Below, piece by piece: positions 59,531-64,000 of a stretch of DNA of 64,000 nucleotides (positions are counted from its first letter, which is position 1; each line of letters starts with the position of its first letter). A program made the position numbers and the translations under genes. The notes below the pieces were generated by a model. The model saw only the letters and a list, made by a program, of their open reading frames with translations, was not told the origin of the DNA and did no database searches. This DNA is from Vairimorpha necatrix (taxonomy: Eukaryota): contig CP142727.1 in assembly GCA_036630325.1 (NCBI GenBank), positions 558,001 through 622,000 of the forward strand. Direction: 5' to 3'.

Positions 59531-60374
59531 ATCAAAAATTCCTTACACATGTACTTTTAGTTTTTGTTCTTTTGGAATTTTAAACATATAAACAATTTTT
59601 TAACCAAAACGATGACCATTCGCTAACTTATTTAATTAAAAATTTATTAATTTTATCATTCAATTTCTTTTTCTATTTATGAATTTGCATTCTATCTCAA
59701 CATTAATCTATAGCAGGAGAACAATGCGCTGTAATTCTAATGAATGTTTAAAAATAAAGAAATAGGATTCTAATCACAAATAAAGTTGTTTCGTGCTGCA
59801 AATATATACAATTTATTTATAAAATATACTAGAAAGAGCGTTTTTCGACGTTAATTAAATATATTAACGAAGAAAATTTTATATTTTGTAAATTACATAA
59901 TTTAGTCATTTCATCGAAATTATCAGGGTTTTTATATATTTATCTTTTGTTATTTTGTCTTTTATAAAAAAGGATAAATGTCAAGTCACAAAACTGTGCG
60001 GCGTTATTCTTTACAACCCTTATACAAGGAAAATATAATTTTTTCCCTTCTCGGATTTTAAAACCTTTATATAATATTGAGATTTATTTCAAAACAATAA
60101 AAAATAATTATCTAAGATTATGTTCCCTTAATACTGCCATGTTTTCAACCTTTTAATGACTATCGATGAATCACAATTGAGGAGGTTAACTTGTCAGCTT
60201 AGTGATGAAATTCAAATATAAAATTTTGTAAGAATAATGACAAAATATAATCTCGTATTAAAAAATTCCTTTATTTCAAAAAAATATAATTAGATGTCTT
60301 TTTATACGATATGTATTGTTATTTACGTAATTATTTAATAAAACAGAAAAAGAAAAAAAAATTTAACGAAATCT

Positions 60375-61520
60375 TTAATCGGTTTCTAGTCCATTAAATT
60401 TTCCCATTACAATAGGTGTATTAATTCCATAATCCTTATCTTTCTTCATTATAACCCAAAAAAAGGTTTGATCAAATTTTAAAGTTAGCACGGGGCCGGG
60501 TGCCTCAACTCTGCCATCAGGAATATCAAACTCAGTTTTAACAAACACCTCCATTCCTAGTTCATTTACTTCAATTATTACCTTTTGTTTGCCAATGGCT
60601 TCATAATTATTTGGTTGCGGTGTTAAAATGTTTATAAGCAAGTGACCAAGGTCCTCTTCAAGTTTCAAACTTTCAGCAAAAGTATTAAAATAAATCTCAT
60701 ATTCAAATTTGAATTTGGGAAAGGTCAAAGCAACAAGTTGAGGCTCCATTGAATTTAATAAATCATCTAATTTTTTACTGGAGCAATAGTTTTTAGCTAC
60801 TTTGTTAAAATCTGAAAGTTTTCGAGGCATAATCGCTATAAAACTCAAATCGGAGGAAAGAAATGGCATATCAATGGCAATTAACGTCTCATCAGCAAAA
60901 CAGTTATACTCAACAGCCTTGTCTTGGTGCATCATGTCTAGTAATACTTCTTTTTGATTTAAGGCTATAAATTTTTCTTTTTGGGTATAGTCAAACTCAT
61001 TACACCATTCTTGTTTCAAATATATAATATTCATTATTAATAAACAAGTGTCAGAAGAAAACGAGTCCATAGCATTGAGAATAGAATTGTTAGTATCTTC
61101 GGCGATTTTATCATTAATGAGGGCTATAGTATCTTTCTTTTTTTTGATATCATATGAAGTTATAAATGCATCAAAATACTTTTTAACAAAATTCTTAAAT
61201 TTTCTTTCAATCTTATAATTATTTCTGTACAGTAAATAATTTTTAACGACTATAATATTGTTATCTTCTGTTTTAAATACCAAGTGTTTAAGATAATTCA
61301 TTGAGTTTTCATTAAAATTGCCAATGCCAAGACCAAATCCTAATTTTTTTATTATTGAATCTCGTTGATCCTCTTGTATAGAATTTGCAAGAAGACCTAA
61401 GGCTTGAGTGAATGCAATCGGCGAGATGGCCTGGTTCTTTTCTAAATCATCTTTTATTGATATTAGTTCCTCAAACATTCGATAAGATAAATTTACAATA
61501 GCTTGTATGAATTTTTGCAT
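60375..61520 (-). CDS. Serpin-family protein
   Basis: AISPIA, LIMNIIYLKQEW..EF, DMMHQ, IMP, FPKFKFE, IEVNELG and FDQTFFWVI...PIVMGKF. 381 aa. CCC-ATG start. Confidence 0.9.
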   Translation of the reverse strand: MQKFIQAIVNLSYRMFEELISIKDDLEKNQAISPIAFTQALGLLANSIQEDQRDSIIKKLGFGLGIGNFNENSMNYLKHLVFKTEDNNIIVVKNYLLYRNNYKIERKFKNFVKKYFDAFITSYDIKKKKDTIALINDKIAEDTNNSILNAMDSFSSDTCLLIMNIIYLKQEWCNEFDYTQKEKFIALNQKEVLLDMMHQDKAVEYNCFADETLIAIDMPFLSSDLSFIAIMPRKLSDFNKVAKNYCSSKKLDDLLNSMEPQLVALTFPKFKFEYEIYFNTFAESLKLEEDLGHLLINILTPQPNNYEAIGKQKVIIEVNELGMEVFVKTEFDIPDGRVEAPGPVLTLKFDQTFFWVIMKKDKDYGINTPIVMGKFNGLETD

Positions 61521-63366
61521 GGGATAAATTTTTTTTTTATATTTATAGAAAATTAAATTTTTTTTAATATTTACAAAAAATTAAATTTTTTGTAAATATC
61601 AAAAAAAAATTAATTTGGCGTATGATGTTAGGTTTAACATCACAACTATAAACTTTATAAATGAAAAAATGTCATGTATCAGATCCATAATACTTCAAAG
61701 TATAACTGCTCATGTCAACTATCTAGTTCACGAGTGACTAATTCCTATGAACAAAGGAACAAAAGAATATTGTATAAATATGTTGCAAATTGTAAAGTTA
61801 AACACATTTTTTATTTGTTTGTTTTATAATTTAATTAAGAATTAAACTAACTATAAACATATGTAAAAAGGTATACAGATGATCGAAGAACTCCTTCTTA
61901 AAAGACTGTATAGCGGCTAACAATAAGTATAGAAATATTACAAAACATTAAACTATTTAAAAATAGTAAGGAATCAACTATACAAGGCAGTTCGAATTAT
62001 TACTGTGGTATCTCACAGGTCAAACATATCAGTTTTACATTTCTTGATTTGTTTATTTTTTTTAACAAAAATTAAAATTTTATGTGAAAATTTTTATAAT
62101 TATATGTATTTATAATAAACAAAAAAAATCTTAAAAGTATAATTTTATTTAAATGAGTTGTATTTCAATAAGATAATGACAAATATAAATGTTAAAATAG
62201 CGTGTACCGGATCTTACATTAAATTTATTTAAAATGTTAAAAATTCGAAAATTAAAAAATAAACATGTCACACGACATCCTTCCTGTGCCCCTTATAGTC
62301 AAGTAGCGCTCTTATACTTGATCCCTCGCTGTCATATCTCAATTTACGGCCGGGTCATGGACGCGATAAATGCGTCATCGCCGAAAAAAATGACAGTTCA
62401 TATTAAGTCTATTCGGGAAAATACCGCTATAATATGAGAAAAACCATACAAGAGACCAGCTTTTTCTTCAAAAATGATTAGTTTGACCTTTGTTAAAAAT
62501 TTACACAAAAAGATGAATTCTAGTCCAACACGTTGTTTTGGACAAGCATTAATAAACACTTTGTGAAAATAGACTATTTAAACAAGCCGTTCGCCCGGAC
62601 ACCAGCTCGCATCACAAAACAAATACTAAATCCAATGTTTCATATCAAAATTACATTTCAGAAATTTGAATATTTTTTGCGTTGTTGAATGTTTATGTTG
62701 CCGCCATCACTTGCATTAATCTTCGTTTGACTGAAACGTGATGTTTTAAACATTTCATCTCGACCTGAAACATGATTGTTTCAGGCCGAGAATAAAACTA
62801 TATAAAGAAATTGTATAAATAAATATTATGTCTTTTAAAATTAATATTCCATCTAATACCAAGCCTCAGACTACTCCATCTTCGCCTTCAGGTAACATTT
62901 TATTTTTGTAATTTAAAATTAATATATTTAATTTTGATTTTTTCACATTATTTATAAACAAAAAAAATTATTATTATTATTATTTTTGATATTTTTACAA
63001 TTTTTTTTATTTTTGATATTTTTACAATTTTTTTTTGAATATTTATTTTGTTCTATAGTAGACAAATTTTAACAAATAACATGATAAACTACAAAATATT
63101 TTTGCATTTTTTGTAAAATTTTTTATTGAATGTTTATTTTGCTTTAAAAGAAAAAAAAATATTTTAAATTTTTATTTGATTTTATAGATAGTTTTTTTTA
63201 CAATAATGATATGCAAAAATTTGTATTGAATTTTTGTTTGTTTGTTTTAGAAACGAATTCAATGAATAATTTTTTTTCATAAAATAATTATTTCACAGTA
63301 AATTCTGGAATTTTAAAAAGCTTTTGTCGAGCAAATTTTTAATTTATTTAATATTTTTTTTCATTA

Positions 63367-63885
63367 CAAGTAAAAAATAAAGGAAAACCTTACAAATAGA
63401 ACAGAAAATTTGAATGTAAAAATTATCCAGCTAGTACTGTGAAATTCTTAGTCATAAAATTCCACCAATAAACCTGCCGATACAGAAAACTTCGCCTTAT
63501 CCATTGGAATTTGATTCCTCTAAAATTTTTTAAATTATACCTCATATCGCGTCCAGGATACCTCACAGATGATATATTTGGCGGCTATGGTTTTCTATAA
63601 TCCGAGAAAAGACATCATCGTACTAACTGCGCTCCACAATCATTTGTATTGTAAACACGGCCCCAAATCGGCCGTATCACCAGCAGGCCTAAATATTGGA
63701 CTGCGTTGACCACTAGTCTCCTTCTAGTTTCAGCACAGATTTACAAAATCTTGTAGGGTGCCTCAAGACCTTCTATTGTTCTCTTCGACTAGTTTCTTAG
63801 TTTGCCCTCTGATTCTACACTCGTATCACAGTCAAAGAGCAAACTTACTATATCCGGCAGATACTTTACGCATCGATCAATAATC
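63367..63885. repeat. GC-richer non-coding dispersed repeat (copy B; homologous to 21870-22405)
   Basis: Colinear shared blocks with copy A. The left part has more G-to-A erosion. Confidence 0.75.
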
Positions 63886-64000
63886 ATATAACTGATAACG
63901 TTTCGACCTACAGATGAGTGTCTACCTCAAAATGCTACATCCTCTTATGTCTTTACGACTATATGATCAATCAACTATATGATTATCGACAGATATTTTT

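Noticed and set aside
62965-63040. Short tandem duplication TATTTTTGATATTTTTACAATTTTTTTT and (TTA)n as a CRISPR-like or telomeric array
   Set aside because: Only two low-complexity units with no spacers. Eukaryotic context, and no TTAGG-type repeats.

Overview
Very AT-rich eukaryotic DNA, most likely from a microsporidian (Nosema/Vairimorpha-like). This is inferred from the compact, divergent housekeeping proteins, the CCC/GGG motif just upstream of most start codons, and the serpin gene. The first ~9.3 kb is a dense core block: AOS1-like E1 subunit, MRD1, a hypothetical protein, Sm D2, RPC11, an intron-containing tRNA-Tyr, a beta-adaptin-like protein and glutathione synthetase. The remaining ~55 kb is gene-sparse and rich in transposons. 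It holds five paralogues of a ~300-aa putatively secreted family, a putative secreted pro-protein, an exopolyphosphatase and a serpin. It also holds three near-intact Ty3/gypsy elements of different families, one decayed copy, a TRIM-like element, Merlin MITEs and fragments, a small TA-flanked MITE, RLE-type non-LTR fragments and a decayed integrase. The most striking pattern is the LTR architecture. The LTRs are only 42-124 bp. In all three near-intact families the single gag-pol ORF opens inside the 5' LTR just after a host-type CCC/GGG motif and reads in frame through the primer-binding site. One family has no recognisable protease, yet two copies of it are present.
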